From positions 86,257 to 150,256 of the forward strand of contig RDEW01000023.1 of NCBI GenBank assembly GCA_011109175.1: 64,000 nucleotides of DNA, read 5' to 3'. Shown here piece after piece: positions 26,701-39,366 of this stretch (within the stretch, counting starts at the first letter, position 1; the number at the start of each line of letters is the position of its first letter). The notes beneath the pieces were generated by a model. The model saw only the letters and a program-made list of their open reading frames with translations. It did no database searches and had not been told where the DNA came from. Both the position numbers and the translations under genes were made by a program. The stretch is from Dicyema japonicum (Eukaryota > Animalia > Dicyemida).

Positions 26701-26912
26701 ATTATTAACCCCCTCACAATGGTAAGCCCAGCACAGTCAAACTAATTAATCCAAGGAAGAAACCCAAGGAAGAATATCTTCTTTACCAAACCCATCTTCC
26801 AATAATACATTACAGGCTTCCGCTTCAGAAGAGTGGTGGAGAAGTAGGTCCGCCCTCTTCCATTTTCATTACACGTCCTACCGTCGCGGAAATCACTTTA
26901 TTCTTTAGCGCA
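26701..26912 (-). mobile_element. 5'-truncated tRNA-derived SINE, family C
   Basis: Reverse complement aligns to about 59330-59510; ends gggggttaataat. Confidence 0.85.
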
Positions 26913-27067
26913 ATAGTTTTCATAATCTCTACTATAGAATTTAGTATTAATTTTGAAAAATAAAACCCATGTTTTTCGCAGCAGAATTTTTATAATTAAA
27001 ATAATCTTAATATATCGAATTTATATTTTTTAAATAAATCTTAGTAGTAATCTTAAGTAGTTCCATT

Positions 27068-27295
27068 ACGCGTGGCTCCATGTGGTTCTACGTGGATATT
27101 TGTCAAAATTATTTTCCTTCCTTCCGATGGCGTCAATGGATCCACCTTACTGATGAGGCGCCCAATGCCTGGTCGGCATCAATAGGATCCAACAATTCTT
27201 CCCCGGGGACAACGTCGTTACCTGAAGACAAGTTCTGGAACGAGTCTGGATCAATGAGTTAGTTAGTTTGGTTACCCTTTGTCTTTGGAATTTAA
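27068..27295 (+). mobile_element. SINE-like repeat, family B
   Basis: Aligns to the reverse complement of 5686-5926; shares head and core with family A. Confidence 0.85.
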
Positions 27296-27339
27296 TTACG
27301 TAAACTATATCCAAGAATATTCAACAGGATAGTGGATAT

Positions 27340-27800
27340 AGAAGCAGATGGAAACAAGTTGTTATTACAAAAATGGCAGAAGATCCTGGGAGTAGTATTC
27401 GACACCCATCTGACTTTCTCGTGCCACGTGAGAAATGTTTTAAACAAATGTGAAAAGAAAATCAACCTCTTGAAGGGGATCTCTGGATAATGGTGATCGG
27501 AAGTCATCCCGTTCTGAAATCACTATACAGTATGTCGATGCAAATCATGGGGACTCTTAATTTCTTGGACGAATGCCCAGAGAATTGCGGCAACCCAAAA
27601 AAGAGCGTTTTCCGTGATAGAAAACTGGATCAAAGGCGATATAAATGCTACACCTACCCCCTTGGAAGACCTAATAAGAAGAAAAGGAGGCCAAACTCAA
27701 CGATACCAGAGGATCACTCATCCTCTGCGTGCTTGTGTTGGATCGAGGGAAGACCACCGGGCCAAGCTGAGAGCCCTATTGAAATTTGCCGGTATCACTT
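27340..27800 (+). mobile_element. LINE RT C-terminal fragment
   Basis: KILGVVFDTHLTFSCHV..KKINLLKGISG. Confidence 0.7.
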
Positions 27801-28273
27801 AATTTTTTTCATTAACTGTGGTCTTTGGAAATAAATTTTAATGAGATTTCACTGATCTTCGAGAATATCTCAGTTTTTTACCTTTATACAAGTTTTTTCT
27901 AAAAACCTCCGTGGTCAATGCTCCCGAGAACAAATTGGAGTTTCTTTATATGAAACACCATCATTTATGCGAGTTCATTACTGAGAACCTTCTTGGTAGC
28001 GACATTGCATGCTAAGATTGGAACTATTAACTAATTGTATAAATTCAAGTGGATTTTTAACGACTGTTAACAAATTTAATTCTAACGACTCATGTTTTTT
28101 CTAGCAGAATTTTATTTGATTTCTATCTCTTATGAACAAATCTAGCGTCCGATCGTCCAATATGTGAAGTATGTACAAGAGCAGCATGCCAATCACTATC
28201 AAAAGCCTTAGATATATCGGAACATATTGACGTAAGGTATTGTTATTTTTTAGTAACATAACTCTTCTCAGTT

Positions 28274-29076
28274 TTGCAAAAATCATCAGTCTTTCTGCTT
28301 AGACGGAAAATCCCTGGAGAATTTAAGAATTGGTCTTTGCGAGTTAATCAGGAAAAGACTGAACACATAAGAATCACAAGGGAATCAAAATATATTGATG
28401 AAAATTGGAGGAAAAAAAGGAAATTGGGATCCTTACTTGGTGATAGCGAGGACATGATAGAAGAGTTCTAGCCACTGCCATGTATAAGAAAATGCAGAAG
28501 ATATGGAGTCGACGAAAACTAATAAAAACAAATCTAAGAATAAGAGTATTCAACTCATATATAAAACCGGTGTTTATGTACAACTCGGGTACATCGGGGG
28601 TCACAGAGCTAGAGCTAAAAAATGGATATATTTCATCGCAAACAATTACGCAATATAATGGGCCTAGGTTGGCCCAAGAAGATTTCAAACAAGAAATTAT
28701 ACTCTGTGGCACAATCGAGGCCAATAAGCATCGACATTATTGAATCAAGGTGGAGACTGTTAGGCCACGTGCTCAGAATGGACATAAACGCCCCTGCAAA
28801 TATAATAATGGACAACTACTTCAACAATGAAAACAAACTATCATTAAGAGGAAGACCCAGAGTCACTCTACCCGTGGCTCTGAACAAGGATCTTAATGGG
28901 ATTAGAAGAAATATTAAATCTGCAGACTTAGAAGATTTAAGGACAGATGCGCAAAGCAGAGGGCGATGGAGACGCCTAGTGAAGCAGATTGTGGAACGTG
29001 TGGCACAAACGGGACCTTAGTTAATATAACGTTCTTTGGTTCTGTGAAAATACTTTTTAATAATAATATGCCAACA
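28274..29076 (+). mobile_element. RTE-like LINE 3' fragment with (TAA)n tail
   Basis: LRVNQEKTE, KLGSLLG, RIRVFNSYIKPVFMYN, RWRLLGHVLR, GRPRVTL; 3' UTR resembles that at 39367-39420. Confidence 0.85.
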
Positions 29077-30101
29077 GCAATTGATGGCAAGTTTGAAATA
29101 TCAATCTACTGTCTCTTGGTGTTTTAGGATTATTTGTTCAAGGGAAATGGATGAAAGTTTGTCCTTGATGCATTAGTTTATTAGCAGTGGTATCAATAGT
29201 GAATCCAAAATAAATAAGATAGCAAGGAAATTCAATTTCATGAGTCACACTATAATGTAATCATAGAACTCAGTTTTTTCAGTGGTAGTCATCAATTTGG
29301 AACTAATTTATACAATAAAACTTGCAATGCACTTTGCTCCAATCACAGGTTGTTAGGTGGGGGGCCTTTTCTCATTCAAAATTTAAATAATGAATGACCT
29401 CATCTAATCGGGTACCAATATCAGACCATGATTTGACCACCAAATTTTCATTTATACTTCGTTTTTTGTAAGTATAATATAGACCTAACCAAGAGATAAC
29501 GATTGAACATAAATCTGACTAGAAACAGAAGCAAAGTGATTGAGTTTTTTCAATCCGTTTAAATTAGATTTAAATACAACACGATAAGGCAAAGAACAAA
29601 TACCACAAAGGCAAAGTTGAGAAATTTTTAATGAAACTCAAATTTAATTTGCAATATCGATTTCCTATGTAATTAATTTCTGACGAGTAGTTGATCCTTA
29701 TTATTTTATTCCGCAAAAATAAATTCCTAGACTTTCAAATAAGGTACAAGTTTTTGTACGTCGTAATCTCTGGTTAAATATAAATTATTAGATCCAATCC
29801 ATGTGGAAAAGAGCAATGCCATACGGAACACGTGGGGAATCTAGAAATGATTGGGAAAATGAATTCCAAAATTGTCTTCTTTGTTGGTAAGGTGGGGGAC
29901 TCTATTGATAGTGGAAAACGAGCTAAAAATTCATAATGAAAAATGACATCTATAACTTCTTAAAGATATACATTTTTAATAAGTTTTTTTAATTTTTACA
30001 CAATTTTTGCCATTAAATTAATTAAAATTATTGTCCTATTTATTATCCTATTTTACGTCTCCACTTTTCCTTACATAGATTGTGATCTTTACTATCCCTG
30101 C

Positions 30102-30300
30102 ATATTAACCCCACATATACCTGAAATAGGTTTTATCCATTTTCTCTGGTTGTAGTGGAACGTACCTCTCCAAGGATTATTGGAATTAAAGAAGAGAGAC
30201 CTTCTTGCATGCCGCCCAGATATTGGACGTCTCCTGTTAAGTAGATCTAACGACGTCTCTAGGAATTAAAGGAGGCAAAAGGAACAAAGTAGTCTTAGCA
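30102..30300 (-). mobile_element. SINE-like repeat, family D (same structured core, third tail type)
   Basis: Reverse complement contains gacgtc..agatct..gacgtc..aggtct core; ends ggggttaata. Confidence 0.65.
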
Positions 30301-31216
30301 ATATAACTTGACCATCTTATTTTATGTATTAATCAAAGGCCACCAGTGGCCTGCCTAGGGACGGTGGACATAGGGGCAGCCTCCTCAGGGGGCATAAGAT
30401 CCATAAAGTTCACACTATTAAGTTGTACTCACTTGTTTCTCAATGTTTTTTCATCATACACAAAATCGACTGCTAGTGATCACTTTGTTTTATTGACAGC
30501 CCTGAAGACTTCGAACGTACTGGTTTTAATCGATGGCAGTTGCGTGTTCGCTGTGAATTCCCTTATCGCCCATTGTGATGAAAATCAGTGACCTTTTTGT
30601 TATGAGGATGTTACTCTTGCGAAGCATAACGTGCGAAGTGACGGTTGTTTTTCCTTGCTACAGTTTTCTGTTTTGATTTCCTCTAATTGATCTTACAAAT
30701 GAAACGAATACAAATCGCCACAAGAAATAGCTCAGAGAAGATAATGCCATGAGAGGCTGTTTGATGAAGAAGCGACACGTGGCAAACGATCAATCGGATG
30801 CTGACAATTTCGAACCCGCGGCTGTCATCCAAGAGGGCATCATAAATCCAGTGATCACATAACTCTATACTGATGGTGATAATCAGAATGCAAATTCTTA
30901 GCAAAAATTGATTCCAGATGACGCTGATGATTTTAATTATAATACAGCTTTCACTTTTAACTATGAAGGCAACGACATCGTTGAATTTTTATTATTTCGT
31001 GACCACGACTTTGGGCGTTTAACCGATTTCCACATATTTAATTAAGTGCTTAGTTCAGCAAGGATCGGTGAATTTCCAACACCAGAAAGGTACTTTTGCT
31101 GAAAAGGAAGGAAGGTCATTTTCTAAGCATTAATTTGAAACTTGGTCAAGTAATGGCGAGCGTTTTCTGAGAAAATGAATTTTATATTCACCAACAAGCT
31201 TCCTTTTGTTTGTTTT

Positions 31217-31320
31217 ATTATTAACCCCGGATACACCGAGAAAGAAGTTAAAGTAAACAACTAATGAAGTGTATCCAATTTCCACTTCCACATCCGGAAT
31301 CAACATAAAAGGTAACGTCC
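31217..31320 (-). mobile_element. 3' fragment of SINE-like family A
   Basis: Matches about 8095-8206. Confidence 0.9.
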
Positions 31321-31449
31321 TTTTGCTTTTTTTATTTTCAAGATGCAAATCAAGTGTTTGTAACAAAGATGAACTTATCCTAGAATTTATGAACATGAAA
31401 GAAATCCTGATCACACAATTTGGATTTTGCATAAAAACTTGAGAAATCA

Positions 31450-32653
31450 TGCACAATTGATTACAAACTCCTAGAGCATATTTTGAGTGAGAAAAAGAAA
31501 TGGAGACTTATTGTTGAACAAATTGTCGATATTGTTTTTCCCCTTGCAAGACAATATTGCGTTGTGAAGTCATAGAGACGAAAGAAATTCAAAGTCGGTG
31601 AACGATGATGCTAATGAAACCAATTCTGGATACTTTTTGGATATTATCAAATTGTTAGCTGATTGTTGTTTTGTAAGAACATTTGCAGAATATGAAGAAT
31701 AAACGCACCAAAGTCAACTATCTGTCTAATAGGAGGCAGAATAAAATAATCAATCTTATTGGTGATTAAAAAAAATTATTTCCAAAGTAAAGAAAGCCAA
31801 ATATTCTGGCGTTAGATTTCACTCCAGGTGTATCACATGAAGATCTAATTGTGGAGATTATGAGGGTAAGGTTGTAGAAATTAGTTTTTCTTGGCTTCTC
31901 TCAAGTTTCTGAAAAACACTCCAAGCTTAGTGAAGAGGGTGATAGAAAAGATGGAATTGACTTAAATAAGACGAGCTTACAATAATGAATGGTGTTCGAT
32001 GGATATCAGAAATTAATCCTCAAACACAGTTTATCAATTGTGAAAACCATAACTTAAATTTGGCGTGTGTTCATAAGTTAACCCAACACTACATTTTTTG
32101 GTATTGTTGACAAAATTTTTGTTTTCTTTTCATCCTCGACATCACGCTGGGAAGTACTAAAGTCAAAAGTTAAGAAAACATTTATTATGAGAACAGATGT
32201 AGTTCACACTAATCCAATTGAAATCATTCAAGAAAATTAGGATGAATTTGTATCTTGTCTTGAGTATTTTGGATTTGGAAAGTTTACAAGTGAAACAAAA
32301 TCTGATGCCTATTCTGTCACAGTACAAAGATACTAAACGCTACAAGATCCCAAGATTGATAGGCTCAATAGAATCATTCACCTTAAATTTGAGGTCATCA
32401 TTAAGAGTGCACTCGGATAGGCATTAGAATACTGTCAAAAGTCAGGCGAAAGAAAATTATGCCTGAATAGAGTGCGAAAGATGAAGACTTATCAGAAGTT
32501 GATGAAATAAAAAGAATAATGAATGAATTCGCAAACAAACCGAAGGGAAAACTTTCAAAACGCTCATGACGCACTCGTAGGCTCGTTGACAAATTTTTAT
32601 TTTATACACTCACCAGGGACATTAAGAAATCAGAAAGCTTTAGTACGCCCCTG
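31450..32653 (+). mobile_element. Decayed hAT (DUF4371-type) transposon with 3' TIR
   Basis: GYFLDIIKLLA, NYLSNRRQNKII, LD.TP.VSHE, FSSSTSRWEVL; terminal gtacgcccctg. Confidence 0.75.
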
Positions 32654-32724
32654 AAGACCACTTCTAAAAACCCAGAAGTAACTAAGTTATCCCAACATGT
32701 TCCAACAGCGGCCTCAATTTGTCA

Positions 32725-33009
32725 CAGTGGTCCTCCATTGACTCCACACAAGCATGTACTGAACATATAATTGTCAGAGAGAACGTAAATTCTGCGCCGT
32801 TTATCGGTTTAGTGACTACAGTGCATTTTCCAGGAAATCAACTGTTCTGTCATTAGTAATGACATTAAACCTGAAAATGTTCAGGAATGTTTAATTTCAT
32901 ATTACAATAAATAATTTCGTTTATTTTTCCATAATGCAATTTCTGCAATTATTTTTTTTGAAATTTTTATTTTCTGGTTGCCCTAATTGTTATTGTCTCA
33001 GGACCACTG
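32725..33009. mobile_element. 285-bp MITE-like element with 10-bp TIR CAGTGGTCCT
   Basis: cagtggtcct at 32725-32734 and aggaccactg at 33000-33009. No matching 8-bp TSD seen. Confidence 0.55.
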
Positions 33010-33072
33010 AGTTAAGGGAAAATAATCTCCCATCTAAGTGATCTCAGACCGACACCAATGTAGATTTGTTTA

Positions 33073-33436
33073 TTTAATAACTCCAGGTTAACAATCTTTG
33101 GAAAGTCCAACTTTAATAACTAATTAATACAAGGAAGTAACCCGACGAAGAATATCTGCCGACCAAATACATCCTCCAATACTCCATTACAGGACTCGGA
33201 AGAAAGGTGGAGAAGTAGGTCCATCCTCTTCCATTTTCATCACTCGTCCTATCATCGCGATATCATCTATTCTTAGCAGAAGATAATCTTCACCAATGGA
33301 CATAGTCAGAGAAAAGGTAGGAGAGTCCTTTTCAACAACTGTGTCGCCATAAGGGCTCGTCGCCTCGCGGGTGGGATCGGTTGACGAGAATGGCTAAAAA
33401 GTTCTGATCAAAAGACTGCGTTAAGCTAAGAAGGCC
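33073..33436 (-). mobile_element. tRNA-derived SINE, family C (near full length)
   Basis: Reverse complement aligns to 59130-59515, including the ggccttct..gct.aacg head and gatcccacccg core. Confidence 0.8.
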
Positions 33437-34865
33437 TCCCAATGTAGCTGATCGATAGATGTGTGCGAGATAGTCAATAATTGTTATTAGGTCATACGTA
33501 AACATCTTCAACAGTATGATTGGATTAATTCTTTACTACGTGAAAGAAAATCGAATGACTTAATATTTCTGAAGAGACTTTTTTAAAAAGATCCGCCCTG
33601 AGTTTTATTCTTTCAACATTTTATGCCAGACTTCCCACAACTGAGATACAGGAGTACACATCTGTTATTTATACCAGTTTATACCAGTTGGTGGTTGGAG
33701 TTCTCAATTAATCTACAGACAAAAGCTATTCGTGTAGTTTTCATGATCCATATTCAGTTTTTGTGAGATCTCAAAAAGTGAAAACCTTATGGTCTATCTC
33801 AGTGGTTCCCAACATTAAAGTGCTCACGGAACCCTTTTAGGCTAATTTATTTTTGCGGAACCCTTCCAATTTAATTATTACAATTTTCACTTAAAACATA
33901 GTAATAACCAAAAACAATTTTAATGTGAACATTGAGATAACTTTTTATCATAGTTGTGTAACGATAGGAGTTGACTACTATATCCTAATATCAGCGGAAG
34001 AGTTTATTTTTATATTTTGTTTTAATAGATGTATATATTGAAAACCCCGAATCGCATAAGTAAATTGTTGGAAAAGGTAATAGTGTAACTTTTTCTAAGA
34101 TATCAGGATATTTTGAAACGTATGCTCTCCAACAATTAAAAAGGGATTCATTTTATATATCTGACTTGACGTTGATTTTGATATCAATAAGATGTTCATA
34201 TTTAATTGATGTTAGATTTGCTGGTATTACTTTAACTTTGGATTTTGAACCCAATCCTCATCAAATTTATTCGCAATGTAATCATCCAAAATTACCAATG
34301 ATCTTTAATTTCCTAAAGTACTGTGTCGTCCAATGAGCAATTTAATTCATCAAGATACTCTTGCAAAACGGCAAAGTATGTAATGTTATTTTTATTTACG
34401 CCCATTACTTTATCGGTCTAAATAAAAACAGTTTGATATTTTACTTGTAGTCATAATTTATTCAATTTTTCATAAATTGAAACCAAATATGCAAATCTCT
34501 GTAAACAAAGGTTGTTTTCCAAATTTTTGTAAATTGGAAAATTTCGTTTCTTGAGTTGTCGTCCTTCGCAAAATTGGACATTTCCAGCTTACCATTCAAT
34601 TTGTTTTGAAAAGGGAATATATTTATCCTTTAAATGAGGATGCTTCATCAATAAATGTCTTGATAGTTTGAATTTGTTAGGCATTATGTGATGGCATATT
34701 ACATATTCTGCCGTATGCGGTAATTCAGATCCGTTCTGAAAAAATACATATGAAAGGTAGCTTTCATATGGGTTTTTTTACTAAAATTATAATCATAAAA
34801 AATCTTTTGTGAATATTTTTCGGAATTTCTCATGCAATTATTGTTTCTCAAAATTGACTAATTAT

Positions 34866-35700
34866 TATTATAACCCCGGGAACACAGGAAAGAGAAAAAA
34901 GTTATCGTATAATTAAATGATCCCGGTGTCAGTGCGTCCTCCTTTGTTTCGACTTTGCAATTTTTTATGATCGTCCAAAAGGGGGAAGGTTTGATCTTAA
35001 AATTTCGAGCATACTTCTGGTAGACAAGAAACTCATCTTCAAAGGGGTTACCAGAAGATCGCACCATTTTTAAGAATTTTTGTTGTTCGTCACCGAGATG
35101 TTCCCTAACTTTTTGAGATCAAATGTGTTCCTCATTTTGACGTAGACGTCATTCTGTCACAATTAAGAAGGATCCGAGGCATTGGTTTTGTATGACCTCT
35201 AATTTGTTCTGCGTGGATATTGACAATGGTGTACGCCGTACATGCATGTTCTATTGTAGAATATACTGTTTGTATAATAATTTGAGATGAGAAAGTAAAG
35301 AAATTGGAGATCTAGTAAAGGTCTTGAAGGATCCCCATCTTTTTGTGAACTCTTAAAATTATTGTGTCCACATGATGTGTGAACGTCATCAACGGGTAAT
35401 ATGTAACTCCAAGGATTGATGGGTTCTTATTAACTGGGATAAGCTCCAAAAAATTTATCCAAGAATCAGGGATTTCCCATTATCTTCAATAAAGAAGTAG
35501 TCATGAGTCTGCATTAAAAGTACGAAATCTTTGATTCTTTTCGGATAATTCGGCATTTTAATTGACAGCAAAAAATCATGAACACGTTTAGAAATTTGTT
35601 TAATTTTTAATAATAGGTGAAATAAATGCAGAATGCATGGCGTCCTGCCGTACCATCATGTCCAGCCAATCTTAAATTAAACATCCCACAACCGATGTCT
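34866..35700 (-). mobile_element. Decayed LINE 3' part with ccggggttataataataat tail
   Basis: NPSILGVTY..MTFTHHV..NKLEVIQN; tail at 34866-34880. Confidence 0.7.
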
Positions 35701-36515
35701 TATGTGAATGTAGACTACACAAATATCCTCAGAAAAAATGCTGATACATTTAAAGTAAAAAGTGTGAGACTGATCCCTATCTTTATCCCTTATTCAAAAA
35801 ATCGATTTTTACTTAGAGATTAAACATTGGCTGTGAGATGTTCAAACTTAAGAATTTGCCCGGAGATTATGCGAAAGAGTATCACCGCATCCACGGCTTT
35901 TTGCATTTTTATACATATGGGAGTCCACTGTTAAACCTAGAGCGGTAACCTTTATACCGTAAGTTGTGATTCTAAGAATCTGATGATCTGGCTCCTTAAC
36001 AGAGAAAGATTGTCGCTTCAACAAGAGAATACCTGGGAATCACGCCAAATGCCCAGTCTACCTCAAAGAACGTGGCACGTTCCACTGTTTCATTTTTGTT
36101 TGATGACGAAATTGAGACCTCAACCTTTAGATGTAGTCACCACATAATACCTCCTCACGGAACCACATTCGAATATCCGAAAATGTGTCTCATTATGGAG
36201 TCCTGGGCTCACCTTGGCTGTATCATTTTCTGTGTCTTCCACACACTTTGGAATTGTTTTATAGATTTTAGGATCGATAAATACCGCATAAAGATATTTA
36301 GGTTAATAACACTCCAGTGGTCATGAAAACATAGAGGACCGATTGACTATAACGCGAAACACGATGGACAAATGAAGAGTAGTGATATAAACAATGGAGT
36401 AATAATACCTGGACTGTCATGCAAAACAGATCTACTCTAAAGAAAGGTCAAACGATCACCCAAGCATGTTAAACAGAAAATAAAAAATCGCCTAAAGATA
36501 AACACAAAAGATAAA

Positions 36516-37086
36516 TCAATTATTTTTCACGCTTTCTCTACAAATGTTGAAAGAAAGAATGTCCACGACGGATCTCCCATCCGACGATATCACACGTCCT
36601 CCGATAGGACTCTCGTTCACATAATTCAGATCCTTCAGTGTCTTTAAGGAATATCTGATGACACTCCGAGAGCCCTTGCAGAAGTGACAAGGACGACTCC
36701 CACGCCTCTGCTTGGCTACAAATTAGACTCGAACTTACAGCCGTAGATCTTCTGGAATCTCGTTAGGCCGATCGGTCTCTTAGTTCCATAGAGTTTGAGC
36801 AGTAAAGAAGCTGTGATGAACAGAATGGCATACCTGTACGAACGACGAACCAGTCAGGATCCATGGGACTGAGTTCCTTGGCGTTACTTGTTTTCACGTA
36901 GTTCATACAGTTAGGAACCTTAAATTTGTCGTTTCTAAAATATCCTAAGGAAAGTAACTTTTTGATGTAGTCAGCGATTGCCTTCACTAATATGTCCTGA
37001 TCCACGTCCTTTCCGCTGATTGCGTGTACTGATGATAGGTTCTGAATTATAAGCAAAATATAAACATTTGTGACTGAAGAAAACAT
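36516..37086 (-). CDS. RPS19: 40S ribosomal protein S19
   Basis: KDVDQD..VKTSNAKELSPMDPDWF..RTAS..IYGSKQRRGSRPCHFCKGS..GGRVIS..G; introns of about 33, 24, 23 and 23 nt; frame intact. Confidence 0.95.
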
Positions 37087-37204
37087 TGCAAACGACTAAG
37101 AAGGAGCACGTTTAACTTTTTAAATTTAAATTTTTGAAAAATTTTTAATTAATTATAATTGGATTCCACTTTATTTAACCAACAATAAAAAGTTAATAAT
37201 TAAT

Positions 37205-38070
37205 AATATATGGCAGGTTCTATTCTGGTTGCTGAGACAACTCCGAGAGCGTCTTGTCCAATTGAACCCTCTACCTATATGGCATCTCCGAGCTCTGCCT
37301 CCTATACTCCAGTGTCAGGCTCGCTAGAGTCCGCTTTAATACAGTGGACTGTAGATAGGCCTGGAGCTTCCTATCTACTCCTAACTGCTTCACATAACCC
37401 TTGTGGTATTTTGTTGCAATTCCTTCCCACGTTATTATTATTGGAATAACGAAAACCTTGCAACTAAGCATCTGCTTAATTGGCCAGAATCCTTATCGTG
37501 TACCACAATGTCCGGTTTTTTGTGGTTGACTAGCACCGAGGAACGGATAACATTGTCAACCTTAATTTGGTCCCTGATGTTCTCTACTACAGATTATGAG
37601 TCCGCAACTTTTTGGTGTGGTGAATACTTATTGCATAGTAGAAGATGAAGACTCCTTACTACCTCGTTATGCCTCCACACATAGTCATGACAGATCCACA
37701 TCGAGTGGCTAAATGATTAACCGACATGCTCCTTGACTTACAGTGGGGACATGTATTTGTTGATCGACCCCAAAAAATATTGCGGTCTTGCATATACGTG
37801 TACAACGCCTCTGATCGAGGTGAGTTGTCACCGTATTTTAGCCATATTGTCGACGGCTTAAGGTCGACATGTGGGTTGTCCAATGCTCTGAAGAGGACCT
37901 TATGAAGGCTTTTTAAGTTGATCTTTTCCGTCAAATTATTATATTGTAATTCTATCAACGCCTTCACATTTACTAGCCCACCATCATCAACAGCATAATT
38001 AGCAGACAAAAAATGTCTGATAATGCCTGATACGGAAACACCTTCAATCCTGGACTCAACTAAAAATATT
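37205..38070 (-). mobile_element. R4-like REL retrotransposon C-terminal fragment
   Basis: CPHCK..SVNHLATRC..RHNEV zinc knuckle; IPIIITWEGIATKYHKGYVKQL..AYLQSTVLKRT. Confidence 0.85.
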
Positions 38071-38424
38071 TAATTTCATCAAAAAAATGTTTTTTTTAAA
38101 TAAAATTTTTAAGTGCTATATTTTGTTGTTAATACCTATAATGCTATTTTTTTGATTCCTATATTTTAAATTTTTAATGTTATAAAAATTGCTATAATCA
38201 CCAAAGTCGGTTAACTTGATCAGGTGAGTGGAAGTGTAATCTCTGGCCGTGTTGTGATTTGGTCTAAAATCTTTGAGACTGAACAAAAGAAAGAGATTGT
38301 ACGTACTAATCCTCACATGTGTCTTTATTAGGCTTTAAATTGAGATTACTGTCTATTGCTTCCGAAGCATACAAAACCCGAGTTAAACTTTTGACTGAGG
38401 AAGGTATTATTATTAAGCACAAGT

Positions 38425-39332
38425 GACGAGCACAAGTGCTCTGCAACAACATCAAATCAAGATCTCGCTATTTCCCAATGGAGTCCCTCAAGGCTCACCA
38501 CTATCACCCCTACTCTTCATCTCTACATAAACGACATGCCACAAACCTGTAATGAAAACTGTCTAATCCTCTCATATGCCGACGATATCATTCTTGCCTC
38601 CAAGGACAGAAACATTCAATCAGCGACTCAGTTGGCTCAACAAATGCTCGATAACTTGGAACTATGGCTCTCGAAGCGGAGACTTGACACATCAGCAGCA
38701 AAGTCCTTTGTCACATTGTTTACCACCTACAAGAGACATCTCTGTATCGAACCAAAAGTCTTTATGAAGAACGAAGCTATCTCTATTAACAAAACACCGA
38801 AGATTCTGGGAGTAACCTTTGATCAGGGACTCACCTTTATCCGGCATGTTGAAAACAGAGTAACTTCTGCTCTGAAAAAAATTAAGAATATTAAAAGTGC
38901 TCTCAAAAATATTTAGAGATCAAACTGGGATCCTTTCCACGATATACAAACAATTCATCCGACCAACGATGACGTATGCAAGTCCTTCATGGGCAATGCA
39001 AATGTCACGATCTTCCACATTGAAGCTGTCTGCAATCGAGGAGACTGCAATGAGGTTAATTGGACCAGATCACAACATCCAACCTATTGAAAATTTTTTA
39101 ATTGAAATACACCGAAAACTATTAAAGGAGGCTGTTCTACCGAGCTGCCCTCTATTCCAAATACTATCGAATTATCTACAATCATACAGAAATTGTGAGC
39201 CGATGCCATGTCCTATGAGAAGAGCTGTTCAGGATTCTCGACCCCGCCGGACTCGTCCTCACCTTTGTCGGTCTGGATCACTTAGTTAGATGAGAACTTT
39301 TATTTCTTTCTCTTTGACCCAGTGATCCTGGG

Positions 39333-39364
<32 letters not shown>
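38425..39364 (+). mobile_element. LINE family V, 5'-truncated, intact 3' end with (TAA)n and TSD
   Basis: GVPQGSPLSPLLF, YADD, ILGVTFD; tail at about 39335-39364; TSD tattattattaa(g)gcac at 38405-38420 and 39366-39382. Confidence 0.95.
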
Positions 39365-39365
<1 letters not shown>

Positions 39366-39366
39366 T

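Noticed and set aside
12982-32653. Inward-facing identical hAT TIRs enclosing 19.7 kb that includes innexin and GS (possible macro-transposon)
   Set aside because: Both are 3' ends of separate copies, and the 8-bp flanks differ (catgcgag vs aagaccac), so there is no TSD.
33803-33870. cagtggttcccaac, a Charlie/hAT-like TIR start; also a pogo-like cagtccaacctc at about 48429
   Set aside because: No partner TIR was located, so element limits cannot be supported.
36516-37086. rpS19 as a germline-limited paralogue like Ascaris S19G
   Set aside because: The divergence is compatible with a fast-evolving lineage; nothing in the window indicates a paralogue or DNA elimination.
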